64,000 nt of DNA. It comes from a virus. The notes beneath the pieces are model-generated. The model saw only the letters and a list, made by a program, of their open reading frames with translations. It was not told where the DNA came from and ran no database searches. Made by a program: the position numbers and the translations under genes. Location of the stretch: the IMG/VR virus record IMGVR_UViG_3300027712_000018, one strand, 5' to 3'. Of this stretch, positions 1 to 12,500 are shown one piece after another (the first letter of the stretch is position 1; every line of letters begins with the position of its first letter).

Positions 1-267
1 ATAACCACCAACTATATATCTGTCACCATATTTTATGGCCTCAATATTTGACTGTAGAAGTTTGACAGTTTTAACCCAAAGAGGCCTTTCCTCTTCTGGA
101 ATATCTGGATGTGTTTTTATTGATTTCAAACCTTCATAATATGGTAATTCAACATCGCCGTAAACTTTATCAAACCAAGTCAAAGATGGTTCACAAAAAT
201 ACTGACCCCAATCTTGAGGGCCCAATATTTCATTCATGTCAGTCATGAACTTTTTACTGAATATCAT
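1..267 (-). CDS. hypothetical protein (runs off the window edge)
   Basis: Manual translation MIFSKKFMTDMNEILGPQDWGQYF..., open to base 1; ATGA overlap with the stop of the 264..1277 gene. Confidence 0.6.
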   Translation of the reverse strand, partial: MIFSKKFMTDMNEILGPQDWGQYFCEPSLTWFDKVYGDVELPYYEGLKSIKTHPDIPEEERPLWVKTVKLLQSNIEAIKYGDRYIVGGY

Positions 268-1277
268 GATATTGCTCCGTATATACCTGAAAGGGCTCTG
301 GGCCCTGTTGTGCTGCACGAAGCTGAGTTAAGTTTTATAGCGTTGCCTGCTGCGCCGCCTTGGTTTCCATTTGTAGTCGCAGTACCGCCAGCAGCGCCCC
401 AACCACCACCGCCGCCACCCATGCGACTAGTCCCGTCTTGACCAGCTACACCAGCGCCACCACCATCTCCACCAGATCCATCGCCGCCTGCACCGTTAGT
501 TGATGTTCCAGGAAATATTCTGCCTCCACCTCCACCGGCCCCGCACCAATCAGTTGCTTTTTTGTTAGCTCCATTCCCCGCACTGCCACCACATGAACCA
601 CCTCGACCAGCGCTTCCAAAAACTTGTCCACCATCGGCACCAGATGCGCCTATAGCGCCGCCGGCTCCACCAACTTGCGTACCGCCGTTGTAATAACTGT
701 TGCCACCCTTGCCGCCTCCAGCACCACCGCCTCCTCCGCCCCAACTAGATCCACCGCCTCCGCCTCCGCCTCCGCCAATATAACTAGTGGTTCCTGCCAT
801 GTTCATGATAAGATATACGCCCGTCGATACAGATACAGCATGTCCGCCATTAAATCCAGCAGAAGGTGGGCCACTGTTACCCTCACCACCCGCACCACCT
901 TTACCCATGATATAACCATTATTGATGATTGTTAGACCCCTAGGAAATGTGCCAGTAGTTAATGCGGCTACAGCAGTGTTATCAGACCAAATGTATACAC
1001 CAGAGTTTATTGTTATAACAGCAGGAAATATTCCTGGCCAACCATTGGCCGAAGCCCAAGTCGCAAGATTCAATTCTTTTTGATTAGTGGAAATTGTCCC
1101 GTAAAAAATATACGATTTACTATAAAAGTCACTCATACTGACGGCTGTTTGTGCTGTTGGTTTTGCGCTTAACAATCTACCTTCAGTTCCAGCTATAGAT
1201 ATAAGAGTGTTAGAAGTATGTGTTAATTCGACGTTAACATCACTAAGTTTTATTAAACCAGAAGTTTGTAAGGCCAT
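264..1277 (-). CDS. glycine-rich tail fibre tip adhesin (gp38-like receptor-binding protein)
   Basis: N-terminal MALQTSG..LSDVNVEL..SMSDFY, then I.N.G.I.G.GG.GG and poly-Gly motifs; lies directly downstream of an S74-bearing fibre. Confidence 0.75.
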   Translation of the reverse strand: MALQTSGLIKLSDVNVELTHTSNTLISIAGTEGRLLSAKPTAQTAVSMSDFYSKSYIFYGTISTNQKELNLATWASANGWPGIFPAVITINSGVYIWSDNTAVAALTTGTFPRGLTIINNGYIMGKGGAGGEGNSGPPSAGFNGGHAVSVSTGVYLIMNMAGTTSYIGGGGGGGGGSSWGGGGGGAGGGKGGNSYYNGGTQVGGAGGAIGASGADGGQVFGSAGRGGSCGGSAGNGANKKATDWCGAGGGGGRIFPGTSTNGAGGDGSGGDGGGAGVAGQDGTSRMGGGGGGWGAAGGTATTNGNQGGAAGNAIKLNSASCSTTGPRALSGIYGAIS

Positions 1278-1278
1278 G

Positions 1279-3972
1279 TTAAATTCTCTTTTCTAGCTTA
1301 TCAACTTTTGCTTGAAGTTCTTTAATTGCTTCTATTAGAACGCCAACGATGTTACCATATGCGACTGATTTATATTCTCCATCGTGAACGACTTCAGGAA
1401 GAACCTTTTCAATCTCTTGTGCAACCACACCCGTTGAAGATCTTCCATCTTTGTCGAAGTATACACCACGCATCGCAGACACTTTATCAAGGGCATTGTC
1501 AATAGTACGAATATTGGTCTTTAGACGTTCGTCAGAGAAAGCGGTAACATCTCCCAACATTGTAAGAGCGCCGGCAGAAGTGACAGTCATCTTATTGCTG
1601 CCGTATGTATCAGTACTTGATTGTAAAACAAATACACCACTATTCACAAGAACTCGCCAATCGCCTGTTGCATCGGTGTCCGACAGTTGTATATAAGGAA
1701 CAGATGCACTTACATTAATATAAGGAACAGTTATTGTACCAGTGGAGGCGATACGCATACGTTCTATGCCACTTGTATTAAAAGTAATTGCACCAGCATC
1801 TTCAGCAGTTAAATAAAAGTCTCCAGTTCCACGATGACTTATACCGCTTGGTGCATTGGCCCCAGTATTTCCACGTAAAATCCGAAAACCATAGTCTGTA
1901 TAGGTGGCGTCACCAACCAAATCTATATATGCAAAGGCGTTGCCAGTTCTCCCATTGCCAATCTGAATAGATCGACTTTCTGTCGTGGCTGCGGGCATAT
2001 AGATATCACCACCTATGCTGTAGGTAATGTTTGTAGAACTTGATCCAGCCAAAATGTTACCAGAAGCTTCGATACGCATACGCTCATTGCCATTAGTAAC
2101 AAAGATAGTCGGAAGTGTTGCCGAATAATTATATAAAGAAACCCCAGAAGTAGCATCCGTTTGAAGCCTAGCAATATCAGCGCCAGAACTATTGAATAAA
2201 GAATATCCACCGCCAGAAGTACCACCTTTGACAGTTACAAATCTGTAGTTTGTAGCAGTCAATGGTGTAGTAGTCCCAATCCCCACGTTACCATCAGATT
2301 GAATACGCATACGTTCTAAATTGGAGGTGGTGAAACCAATAGCTGACCAAACGCCACCGCTATTTTGTCCAGCAGAAATTGTTGGAGAAGTTCCATCTGT
2401 AGACTGAGTAATGTTAAGTGGTGCAAGTGTTGCGTTGGCTGAGAATGAAGCAATCGTATAGGCATCACCACGATATGAAGCAAACCCTTGAACATGAAGT
2501 TTAGTAGCTGGAGAAACCGTACCAATCCCGACTCTACCATTTGTAGAATCTATAAACAGTGTATCAGTATTGAATACGGTGTTACCAGACATAACGGCTG
2601 CCGTCAAAGTTTTATTAGTAAGTGTTTCCGATCCCGCTAATGTTGCAAGAGTTCCCGATGTTGGTAGTGTAACCGAAGTTGCTGCAGTGGTCGTCAGTAC
2701 TGTGGCAAATGCTCCATTGGTAGTTAAGTTGCCGCCAAGCGTGATCGTCTTACCAGCGTTGTTAGCACCAGTTCCGCCCCATTGGCCAGCAACAAGAGTT
2801 CCTTGCCAAACGCCAGTTGCGATTGTACCAACAGAAGTCAAGCTTGATCCAACAACAGTTGATCCAAGTGAAATTGAGTTTGCAACAAGTATGTTATTGA
2901 TTTTATAAGATTTGCCTGCAACAAGATCAAAATCTTCAGACGAAGTCCATGCACCAGTAGCATTGATCCAATTGATCGTTTTGTCTGTCAATCCTTTAAG
3001 AGTAAGACCACCACCATCAGCGGTAGTATTGTTGGCACTAGCAATTGATCCTAATTCAATATTCTTATCATCAACAGTAATGGTTGTCGAATTCAAAGTT
3101 ACGGTAGTTCCATTAACTGTCAATAGACCAGTAATAACAACGTCATTGTTAAATGTGGCAGTTCCAGTAGCACCAGAAATACCAGAACCAAAGTTGATAT
3201 TGGTAATAGATCCAGAAGCACCACCCGTACCGATGTTAATCGTTTTTGTTGTAGCAGAAGCGACTGAACCCGTAGACAGGTTCATGGTAGATGCCGCAGT
3301 TCCAGTATAACCTTCAGTCAAAGTCGTTGCACTGGCCCAAGCGTTGAATGATGCACCACTATCAACAGATGTAGCGAATGTTGGTGTTGTGTTGAATACC
3401 AAATAACCAGCACCAGTTTCGTCGGAAATGACACCAGCAAGTTCGAGAGAAGTCGTTGCGGCAAATGCGGATAGTTTGTTACTCGTTAAAGCGAGAGTGC
3501 CCGATGCGTCTTGAACCGTCAGTGTACGTGTATTGCTAGCGGTGATACTCGACAATTGAAACTGGACTTTTTTAGTGTTGTCAACATCATCTTGGAAGAA
3601 CGTCAAAGAATCAGTAAAAGTTTTATTGGTTAACGTTTCAGTACCAACAAGAGTTGACAAAGTTCCCGTAGTTGGCAGTGTCACCGAAGTTGCTGCAGTG
3701 GTCGTCAGTACTGTGGCATATGCACCATTGGTGGTTAAGTTACCACCAAGAGTGATCGTCTTGCCTGAGTTGTTTACACCTGTTCCACCATACTGACCAG
3801 CGATGATAGTCGCCGCCCAAGTTCCAGATGTCACACTATTTGTAATAATAATGTTATTGCTGGTAAGGTTTGCTGAGACTGAAGCATCACCAGTGATTGT
3901 AGTGTTGCCTGCGGTAAAAACGGACCCAATATTGAGCCCGTTCTTTACCACAAAATTCTTATCGTTTGCCAT
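1279..3972 (-). CDS. long tail fibre protein with C-terminal peptidase S74 (intramolecular chaperone) domain
   Basis: GNVGIGT and ERMRI fibre repeats; C-terminal SDERLKTNI...GVVAQEIEKVLPEVV...LIEAIKEL. Confidence 0.85.
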   Translation of the reverse strand: MANDKNFVVKNGLNIGSVFTAGNTTITGDASVSANLTSNNIIITNSVTSGTWAATIIAGQYGGTGVNNSGKTITLGGNLTTNGAYATVLTTTAATSVTLPTTGTLSTLVGTETLTNKTFTDSLTFFQDDVDNTKKVQFQLSSITASNTRTLTVQDASGTLALTSNKLSAFAATTSLELAGVISDETGAGYLVFNTTPTFATSVDSGASFNAWASATTLTEGYTGTAASTMNLSTGSVASATTKTINIGTGGASGSITNINFGSGISGATGTATFNNDVVITGLLTVNGTTVTLNSTTITVDDKNIELGSIASANNTTADGGGLTLKGLTDKTINWINATGAWTSSEDFDLVAGKSYKINNILVANSISLGSTVVGSSLTSVGTIATGVWQGTLVAGQWGGTGANNAGKTITLGGNLTTNGAFATVLTTTAATSVTLPTSGTLATLAGSETLTNKTLTAAVMSGNTVFNTDTLFIDSTNGRVGIGTVSPATKLHVQGFASYRGDAYTIASFSANATLAPLNITQSTDGTSPTISAGQNSGGVWSAIGFTTSNLERMRIQSDGNVGIGTTTPLTATNYRFVTVKGGTSGGGYSLFNSSGADIARLQTDATSGVSLYNYSATLPTIFVTNGNERMRIEASGNILAGSSSTNITYSIGGDIYMPAATTESRSIQIGNGRTGNAFAYIDLVGDATYTDYGFRILRGNTGANAPSGISHRGTGDFYLTAEDAGAITFNTSGIERMRIASTGTITVPYINVSASVPYIQLSDTDATGDWRVLVNSGVFVLQSSTDTYGSNKMTVTSAGALTMLGDVTAFSDERLKTNIRTIDNALDKVSAMRGVYFDKDGRSSTGVVAQEIEKVLPEVVHDGEYKSVAYGNIVGVLIEAIKELQAKVDKLEKRI
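2672..3718. repeat. internal duplication in tail fibre (36-bp identical core at 2672-2707 and 3683-3718)
   Basis: accgaagttgctgcagtggtcgtcagtactgtggca occurs twice, 1011 nt apart; protein repeat GKTITLGGNLTTNGA.ATVLTTTAATSVTLPT. Confidence 0.9.
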
Positions 3973-3992
3973 GGTTCACTTTCCCCTATAGC

Positions 3993-6374
3993 TTAAATTT
4001 TGATTAGCGTTAGTGCCGTATTAAATGTCGTTGATGTTGCAGAGGCCAATGTCGCAAGGAATCTAACGTTACCCCCACTGACATCAACGTCATATGTAAC
4101 AAGACTTGATCCTGTTAAAATGGTTCCGTATTCTGTCGCATATGCGGTAGTACCGTTATGGGTCAGAAGAATTTTAGAGATATGTCTAGCACTTCCCTGA
4201 GTCGCACAGATGAGTAGTTCGGCCGCACTGAATGATGCAATTGGGAATGATGCAATTAGTGATGGAACGGCGGTTGTTAGTGTAACTTGTTGTGATTGTT
4301 CCGCATGATACAGATAAGACACAGCAGTATTTGCATACACGGTATTGGCGTTAACAGTGTTTCCGTTTACCGTAGTACCTGTAGTCGTAATCGAAGTTAC
4401 GTTATTAGAGTATACGTTACTCCAATAGTTTGTCGTCGATCCTAATGGGTAGGTGTTGTTTGCAGCAGGGATGAAGCTACTGTTAGCATATGCGTTAAAC
4501 TGAACTAAATTGCTAGCACTATTCCCTATAATTGTAGTACCATTACTCGTAAATAATGATGTAACAGTTGAAGTGGTGACAGTTGAGGTATTAACCGCCA
4601 GTGTCACGTTAGAAGACAAAGTGGTACTACCCGTAACAGTCAAATCGCCAGTGATTATGGTATTTCCAGATCCCAAAATTCCAGTAACACTAACACCAGC
4701 TGAAGTTGTAGCAATTCTTGCAGTATTAGCAAAATACAAAGTTGACGCACCACTACGAACAAACGTAGCCATAGTTTCAGTCACAGTAGAGTTGGATGTC
4801 ACAATGTTTAGCTGATTGGTGTCAATGTTTAATGTGCCAGTACCACCTTCACTGATATAAGAGTTGGTTCCGTTACTGTATAATTGTAGTTCTGGGCCTG
4901 TACCGATGTTGAGATACTTGTTGACCGCAATTCCCAAGTTTGCAGACAATGTAGTGTTACCGACAACACTCAATGTGCCACCTACGTTAGCATTTGATGT
5001 GACGTTGGCCGTTGACATTGTAGTCAAACCAGTTACACTTAAAGTGTTGGATGCGGTAATTGCACCCACGACACCCAATGTTCCACCTACGTTAGCGGTT
5101 GTGGTTACACCTAAGACGTTAATGTTTGCAGTCGCCGAAGCAGTAACGTTGGCCGAGAAAGTCGCCACCCCTGCCACACCCAATGTTCCGCCTACGTTAG
5201 CATTCACACTAACGTTAGCTGATCCGATGACGTTTAACACTGTCCCCGTGAATGCCAAGTTTGCGCTGTCAACGACTAAGCCGCCAGTACTTACTAATGG
5301 AACACGACCAGAAGTCAAGTTACTTACGGTTAGGTTGGCTGTTACGGTGTTGCTTACGACTGTCAGATCTTTTACAAACAAAGATTTCCAAGATACGGCC
5401 GCTGAACCAAGATCGTATGTTATGTTCGCACTGGCGAAGATACCTGTAGTGTTAGCGACCAAAGCAGTAGTCGATACGGTGTTGTTAGCGACGACAAGGT
5501 TGAATGTTCCTGGCAATGCAGAGGCGGTTGGGTCAAGAGTTTTGAGTGTACGAGTTCCCGCCCCATTTAGAACAAATTGGTTCGAAGTCTGAATGTTGTT
5601 GGCGGCATAGACATACGTTGTAAAAACGTTACCGTAATTGTTCGCCGTCGATCCAAGATTTATAGCGTTAGTCGTGGGAATCAAGTCTGCTGCAAGTGCG
5701 GCGGTGACAGTCAGTCTGTCTACCGAAGCCGAGTCACCTATGACAGTGTTACCCGTGATATTAATCAGAGCGCCTGAGAATGTGGCGTTTGCAGTAGCGG
5801 TAAGTACACCATCAATATTGACATTCGCATTAAAGTCTGATATAGCATTCACATTAAGAACGTCAGTACTTGCATCGCCAATTGTAGTGTTCACACTAGT
5901 GATATATACAAATGGCCCTGCAAATGTTGTGTTTGAACTAATGGTGACTGCGCCGGTGTTGACTGTGACAGTGTTAGCATCAATCTTAATAAACTTTGAC
6001 GTAGCATTGAATGTCAAGTTGCTTGTCACGATAGTATTGTTTGAGTTGATGTTTACTGTGTTGGCGCCAGTAATGTCAACGTTACCAGTGGTATTGAATA
6101 GAGTGTTAGATGTGATGGTCAAGTCGGCGGGGACAGTTACCGTCCCGCCTCTTAGCGCAGTGGCCACCGCTATGGTATTGGCTGTAACAACGCCCACAAT
6201 TGCAAGGTTACCCGTAGTCAAACCAGAGTTTACGGTATTTGGTTCACCAGATACCTGAGTTACTGTGACTACGATATTGCCCATATCGTCTCTGACGGCA
6301 TTAGTTTTATCAATCCAACCAGAGAAAGAATCTGTTGCCCCAATATTTGCGCCTAGATAAGAAGTCTTTGCCAT
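3993..6374 (-). CDS. tail fibre / virion structural protein
   Basis: Thr/Asn/Val-rich beta repeats (ANVGGTLGV); C-terminal H.GTTAYATEYG...DVSGGNVRF module typical of T4-like fibres. Confidence 0.7.
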   Translation of the reverse strand: MAKTSYLGANIGATDSFSGWIDKTNAVRDDMGNIVVTVTQVSGEPNTVNSGLTTGNLAIVGVVTANTIAVATALRGGTVTVPADLTITSNTLFNTTGNVDITGANTVNINSNNTIVTSNLTFNATSKFIKIDANTVTVNTGAVTISSNTTFAGPFVYITSVNTTIGDASTDVLNVNAISDFNANVNIDGVLTATANATFSGALINITGNTVIGDSASVDRLTVTAALAADLIPTTNAINLGSTANNYGNVFTTYVYAANNIQTSNQFVLNGAGTRTLKTLDPTASALPGTFNLVVANNTVSTTALVANTTGIFASANITYDLGSAAVSWKSLFVKDLTVVSNTVTANLTVSNLTSGRVPLVSTGGLVVDSANLAFTGTVLNVIGSANVSVNANVGGTLGVAGVATFSANVTASATANINVLGVTTTANVGGTLGVVGAITASNTLSVTGLTTMSTANVTSNANVGGTLSVVGNTTLSANLGIAVNKYLNIGTGPELQLYSNGTNSYISEGGTGTLNIDTNQLNIVTSNSTVTETMATFVRSGASTLYFANTARIATTSAGVSVTGILGSGNTIITGDLTVTGSTTLSSNVTLAVNTSTVTTSTVTSLFTSNGTTIIGNSASNLVQFNAYANSSFIPAANNTYPLGSTTNYWSNVYSNNVTSITTTGTTVNGNTVNANTVYANTAVSYLYHAEQSQQVTLTTAVPSLIASFPIASFSAAELLICATQGSARHISKILLTHNGTTAYATEYGTILTGSSLVTYDVDVSGGNVRFLATLASATSTTFNTALTLIKI

Positions 6375-6377
6375 CTA

Positions 6378-6581
6378 TTAATTACCCACTAGTTTGGTTA
6401 GAAGATTGAGGACGTTTTTGAGTTTGTCATTCAAACTTTTTACTTCCTCTTCTAAAGTATTTATTCTATTTTGTAGAGACCTTTTTAATTTGTATTCTTC
6501 AAAGGCTTGGTGATCTTTATTCACTATAGCCTTTGAAGATGGATCTCTATTATAACTTGGATCGTCAGTCGTAATTTTCAT
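6378..6581 (-). CDS. small coiled-coil protein conserved in T4-like tail modules
   Basis: RDPSSKAIVN followed by a coiled coil; packed between structural genes. Confidence 0.6.
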   Translation of the reverse strand: MKITTDDPSYNRDPSSKAIVNKDHQAFEEYKLKRSLQNRINTLEEEVKSLNDKLKNVLNLLTKLVGN

Positions 6582-6582
6582 A

Positions 6583-9500
6583 TTATGTTAATGCTATTGC
6601 TCTTAGGTTTTTAACTTTTGGAACAACGTTATGTGCTTCCCCCAATAGAACAATCTTAATCGCAAAGTACTTATAACCGATGTAGATAGCACCACCAGCG
6701 TCTTTGTAAGTGATTTTGTTACCATTTGAAGAGTCCAATATAGCACCAGCATTTGCACCCAAGACGGCGCCCACTGGCATATAGTATTCAAATTCACGGT
6801 AGTCGTACAGATCAGATACGGATGATGTTAGGTTGGTCGAGTCTTTGAGAGTCAGTTTAGTCCATTCGACTTCGCCAAGTGGTCTTTGGTCACTCTTATG
6901 TTTAAATCTTGCATAGACTTCAATTTTGGCTCCAGTAGGTCTATATGCAGTCAAATACACCTTGAGGTCTTCAGCATCTAAGTTCTCTTCCAATGTTACA
7001 GGTTTAGTGATAAACTTGGTTAGAGCGTTACCACCAATTGGAAGGATTTCATTATTAGAATCATTATTAATGATGTGTTCGAACACATTTATAATACCAG
7101 ACTTGTAGTTCACGATTGGAGTCGAGTCTTTAACACCAGAGAAGTTATTGTTTAGTGTTGCAGAGATTCTAAATCCTTGTTGGGTTTGCAAAGAAGCACT
7201 GGGAATTGTCCCCAAATACTTGTGATAAGGAATTTCCTGTGTCACAGATATTGGTTGATTGGTGTCATTTCTAATAAATGATGGAGAAGGCCCAGCAATG
7301 AAATCGAGTTGATACTTGGTACTTGTGTTAGTGTAGTTGTATTGATCAACTTTGGCTCTCATTGTACTGACGTTAAGAGCGTCGATTGAAGAGATGGTCG
7401 CACTACAATTTGATTTTATGCCACGAATCGTGTCGCCCACTACAAATTTTTGTGTACTAGCCACACTAGCGCCAATCGGATTTGATGATCCTCTCAAGTG
7501 AAGTAGGTTAGAAGAAGCGTTGTAATATGAAACCGTACCTGTAACAGCTTTGAACACATTAGCTGATGTGTTTGAATAAAAAGGAGCTCTATCTAAAGTG
7601 ATTACCGTTGAATTTGCTGCTGTGATTTTAACAGCATCAACGACGATGTTATTATTAGCTCCAACAGCCCAATAACCTAGCCAATTACCGCTCGAAAATG
7701 TACCCGTTAAATCGGTATTAGTACTAATTGTCTTAAGTGAACTATTTGTGGTAATACTTGCTAATGAAATATTAGCGTTGAGTTTAACTACAATTTCATC
7801 TGCAGTGAAATTGGAACCATATGTATGGCCTTTATTGTCAATATAAGTAGTTCCTGTCGGAGTAATTGTGAAGAATTCGTGGTCATCGTTTGTCAAATAC
7901 GAAACACCCGTTCCACTATATTCATTGTTGTAGAACGTAAATTTCAAATTGTCAGTGTTATTTGGCGTCCAAGCAAGACCGTTTGTTGATGTGAATAGAG
8001 TGCCAGTAAACGTATCCTTTGTCACGGAAATTTGTTTAATAACATCTTTGTCGCCAGATCTAGCAATCCACATTCTAAAACTAGGATCGTGAGCATCGGG
8101 AATGATCACGATTGCATAAGTTGTATCAGTTTTTAATATTATAAGATCATCAAACGATATAGTGGTTGCCGCTTCAGAGGTGGTATTTGCATTGATTGAT
8201 TCGTTAGGAACATATTTTGATGCAAGTATTTCACTAGGGTTAGGACGATCATTTTTTGTGCCGACAATTTGAATTGTAACGCCATGACCCGTAGAGGCAG
8301 CTGGTTTGGCTTGGAAATAAAGGTCAATAGTGTCAGTAACAATAACGCTATCATTCCCCATCGTGCGTTTGATGGTGAATGTTTGTGAAAGATAGTCAAA
8401 CACTAACGTATCGTTGACGTTGATTACAGACGTTTCAGTGTAAGTTCCACCCGTTTTAAAGGTGATAGGTGGCATAGGATATTCACGACCTTTGGCAAAT
8501 CCGTGTGCGTCACCATCGTTATAAGCACTATAAATCGCAGTAGCTACAGTGGTCGTGCCTAATTTAGCACTCTCATATACTTGTATCTTATGTTCGCCAA
8601 CCTTTAGATTGTTAGGTGGAATATTTAATACAGCTAACATTTCACCTTTTGAGTCGGATAGAACTGACATTTCACCAGACTCACTCCACAATGCACTGGT
8701 GTCGTGAATCCAATCACCATGAATTGCTTCAGACGTATCACGTGTTCCATATCCAGACGAAATGGATGTGATATCGGTGCCACTAGTGTAGTGTCCTGGC
8801 AATACGTTTGTGGCTTGACCGTCAACAAACACCCAATATCTAGTCTTAGGTTTTAGACCAGTAACTTTAATTCTAATATCTTGTGGTCTAGCAAAAGCAG
8901 AGTTGAATGTTGACGTAGAAACGGTAGATGATACCCACTGCCACTTACCACTATGATATCCCCAATTGTACCATCCGCCATTTTTATAAGTTAGAGTTGA
9001 GGTTTTTACACTCAGTCCATCAGCAGAATATTCATAGATTGGATCACCAAGTCCTGACGGCTCAGGGGTGATGATGGTATCTTTACCAAGATCATAGTAT
9101 GGATAGATTTGGATCGTACCAGTGTTGTCGTATGTATTCACTACCGTCTCTTTATGGTAGGTCGCATAAGGTTGTCTGATAAGAATACGATTATTCGTGT
9201 CTTTTATTGTAAAAGAATTATTGTAGTAACGGATATTGTTATCGTTAATACCAATATCTTTCTTAATATGTAGTGGATATTCTCTGAATCTTGGAATAAC
9301 TTCTTCAGTATCCGCATCGTATCCAGCGGAAAAATCTGGATCAAATAAATCTGCACCCATCAAATTGCTAAAATTGTCAACCAAAATACCATTTTTGAAA
9401 CGATTTAGGCCGTTTGCGTCAGTGATCATCAAGTTTTTGGTGTCTGTTTCGAGTAGACTTAATGCACTGTAATATTCTAGTCTATTCACACGACTATCAA

Positions 9501-12500
9501 TGCCGCCAACGTCATCCATGGTGTATCTACGGTGGCTTCTTGGTGTTACGGTAACCCCGTATCTCTTTTTATTAAGCGATGCGGCCGCACTAGAAGACAG
9601 TGATGGATATTCTGGAACAGTAATATCGGCCAAAATCATACCAGACGAAGGTTCGTTTGGTGGTATTGGACTGTCAGATGGCGTTCCTTGCTTAAGAACT
9701 AGGTTACCACTAGCATCAATCATCAAATAGTCTTTTCTAGCCAGATAGTAACTGTAATCTGTCACCAATGGTTCATTTGCAGTTGGCAGATACAGTTCCG
9801 AATTGGTATTAAAGCTGATAGTAGAAACAGGATTTACAGTTGCACTTGCGGAAGTTGTCGAGTTTGCGGCAGTGTTGACCGAATACATTCTGAAGTCGAT
9901 AACATCTCTTAGATCATACACCATATTGTTTGTGGCAGTATATGATGGAATGTTATAGGTTTGAATTGCGGAAGTATTTGCAGTATTAACATCGTCAATT
10001 GGGTATGATGATACTGTAAAGAATCCGTAATCAGTATCTATAGTCGATTTTTTGAAACGAGTTAGTTTAACTAACAAAGTCGAGTATTGAGTAAGAGTTA
10101 ATCCAGACTTTTTGGAAATAGTTGACAGGCCATAGTAATCATCTTTTTGGTTTGTATTCAAAGAGAAATACGATTTCTTGTCGTTTGCAGAAGATTCTGC
10201 GGCGTATGAATTCGCACTACCCACGTAGATATTTTCAATCTTGTACACATCAGGAAAACCTAAAGTCCAAGGCCCTGTGTTGTTGGCACTGTTGTTAGCG
10301 CACAGAATCTTTACGTATACAGTCTCAAGAACCTTTTTGGTTGGTGCAGTGATGGCAGTTCTCTTAGCGTTGTAATACAACACAGAGTTGGCTATAGGGG
10401 TGCTATTAGCAAAAGCGGGAATAGTGATATTGAGTTGGTTACTCGTGACAACCATTGTAGCAGTAGACAAATCAATCGGTTTGTCCTTTACATATGGCCC
10501 AGTAGTAGTACCAGAAATAAGCATGAAGTCTTTTCTTTGTGTACTGTCTAGTGTTCCACTCACATTGAATGTGCCTGTTGGAACGGTGAAGGTAGAAGCG
10601 ACACCCGTGTTAACAATAGAAGAAATGACATTCGAAGATCTGTAAATGTAGTTTGCAGATGTAGTGGCAGCAGGCAAAGCTTTTAGTGCATCACGACCTA
10701 CTGTGAACAGACGAAGTTTGAATGCTTGGTCGTAGATGGTTGTGTCAACCAAGTCTGCAGTTCCGGCAATTCCGTTTACGATTGATTTAACATCATCCCA
10801 TATACCTATAACAGTTGCAATCCCGTTGTTTACATAAGATCCGCCAGTAGAAGTGTTCGCAATCGTGAAGTGTGTCGCATTAGCAGTAGTGACGGTTTGG
10901 TTTGATAAATTGTATGTAGTTGGATTGACGCCCGTGATGGATACTTTTGTGTTTGCGGTATAATTATTATTGCTAGCAACGTAAATAAAAGAAGTGCCGT
11001 TTGAACTTGCACCAGTAATAGTAGTATTACTGATATTCATTTTAATATCAGACAAATACATCTTGTAGTAAGCGTTCGCCGAACTCATAGTACCACTGTC
11101 ATATTCAACTGATATTACTTTTGCAGTACCAATTGATACGCCACTGTTTGCGCCGATAGATCCATCAGTAGAATTTGTTTGAGTCGCATTGAATAGGTTG
11201 ACAGTGGCCGCTTTGTTAAAATCGAAAGCGCCCATATATTCTTTTACAAGAACATAATTTCCGTAGTTACTGGATACGCTCTGTGTCAATTCGGTATTAG
11301 AACTAGTTGACTTTGGCAAATCGACGGTAGTTCTATTAAGAAGTTCTACACGCTTTCCTTCGACATAAGCAATACCAGAACCAATATCAAGGTTCAACGC
11401 CTGTTCTCTGACTTCGCCATCACCAACTCCCAATGCAGTTGCAGTGAAAATAGTTCCAACCGTTGCACCTGACGGCGCACCTATAGCAACAAAGCCACTA
11501 GTTCCAGTAGAACCTAAGTTTGTAATAGCATAACTCTTGCCAACTTTTATACCAGTAACTTCAGTAGTAACAATATTATTTGACGTTTTAATAGGAAAGT
11601 CTTTTACAATGTAGTTGCCTGACTCTTCTTTCGTGCGTTGTTCAATGACATTCATGATGCCGTTGTATTGAGTGCCAAGATTTCTACGAACAACTTTACC
11701 GTACATGTATTCTTGAATAGCGAAGAAGGTCTGATCGTTTTCAGCAGTGGTTTTATCCATAACTGTTAGAATAGGAGTTAACTTTAGACGATCTGCGCCT
11801 GGAGCTTGATAGTTGTTGTATCCCGAAGCATTATCCAATAAGGAAATGTCATTGTCACTAGTGATGAGTGATTCTGCGGTTTGGAATCCGACGACCGCAT
11901 TGTTCGGCACGTTTGTGTAACGATTGGCAGTTGTTACACCAGATGCCGTAGTGTAACTTGGGACAATGACGAGCTGTGGATCGACACGGGTGAAGAATCC
12001 CTTTTGATAAATGATACCTTCTCCTACACGTACACCGTATGAGTCGCCAACAGCGTTAGCAGGAATTGACAAAACGCTACCCGCCACCGTCACAGTGTCG
12101 ATTAGTCCGTTGTTGCTCAGATATCTAAGTTCTAGGTTTTCACTTACGTTGAAAGTTTTGATGGAGGGGTCTGTATTTCCACTTCCCGTATATTTAATAT
12201 ACAGAGTGTTTAGATCAGGGTCTTGCGATTCCAATCCAATATCATAATCTTGTACGATAGCGGTAACGCCAGTTGACAAACCGTTGATCTTGGCCCCAGC
12301 ATAGTTACTCATTGGAACTGGTTGGCCGTTTGTATTCAAATCAAGAATTTTAACATACTTGAGGTTAGCGATCTCAGTAAAGTTACAACCTTCAATGATT
12401 GTGCCTTCTTGCAAGATGTTGTTACCAAAACGTTCAACCTGATTTTGAAGAATAGATTGAAGTTGCGTCATCTCTCTAGCTTGTATTGCTACACCGGGCT

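Noticed and set aside
264-3972. Diversity-generating retroelement targeting the fibre or adhesin
   Set aside because: No reverse transcriptase and no adenine-specific template/variable repeat pair seen in this window.
3973-3992. GGGAAAG lambda-type slippery site between two fibre genes
   Set aside because: It lies after the TAA stop, is out of register for read-through, and the downstream frame has a TGA before the ATG; more simply a Shine-Dalgarno region.
2570-6258. Many Val/Pro-rich plus-strand ORFs
   Set aside because: Antisense shadows of Thr/Asn/Gly-rich fibre genes.
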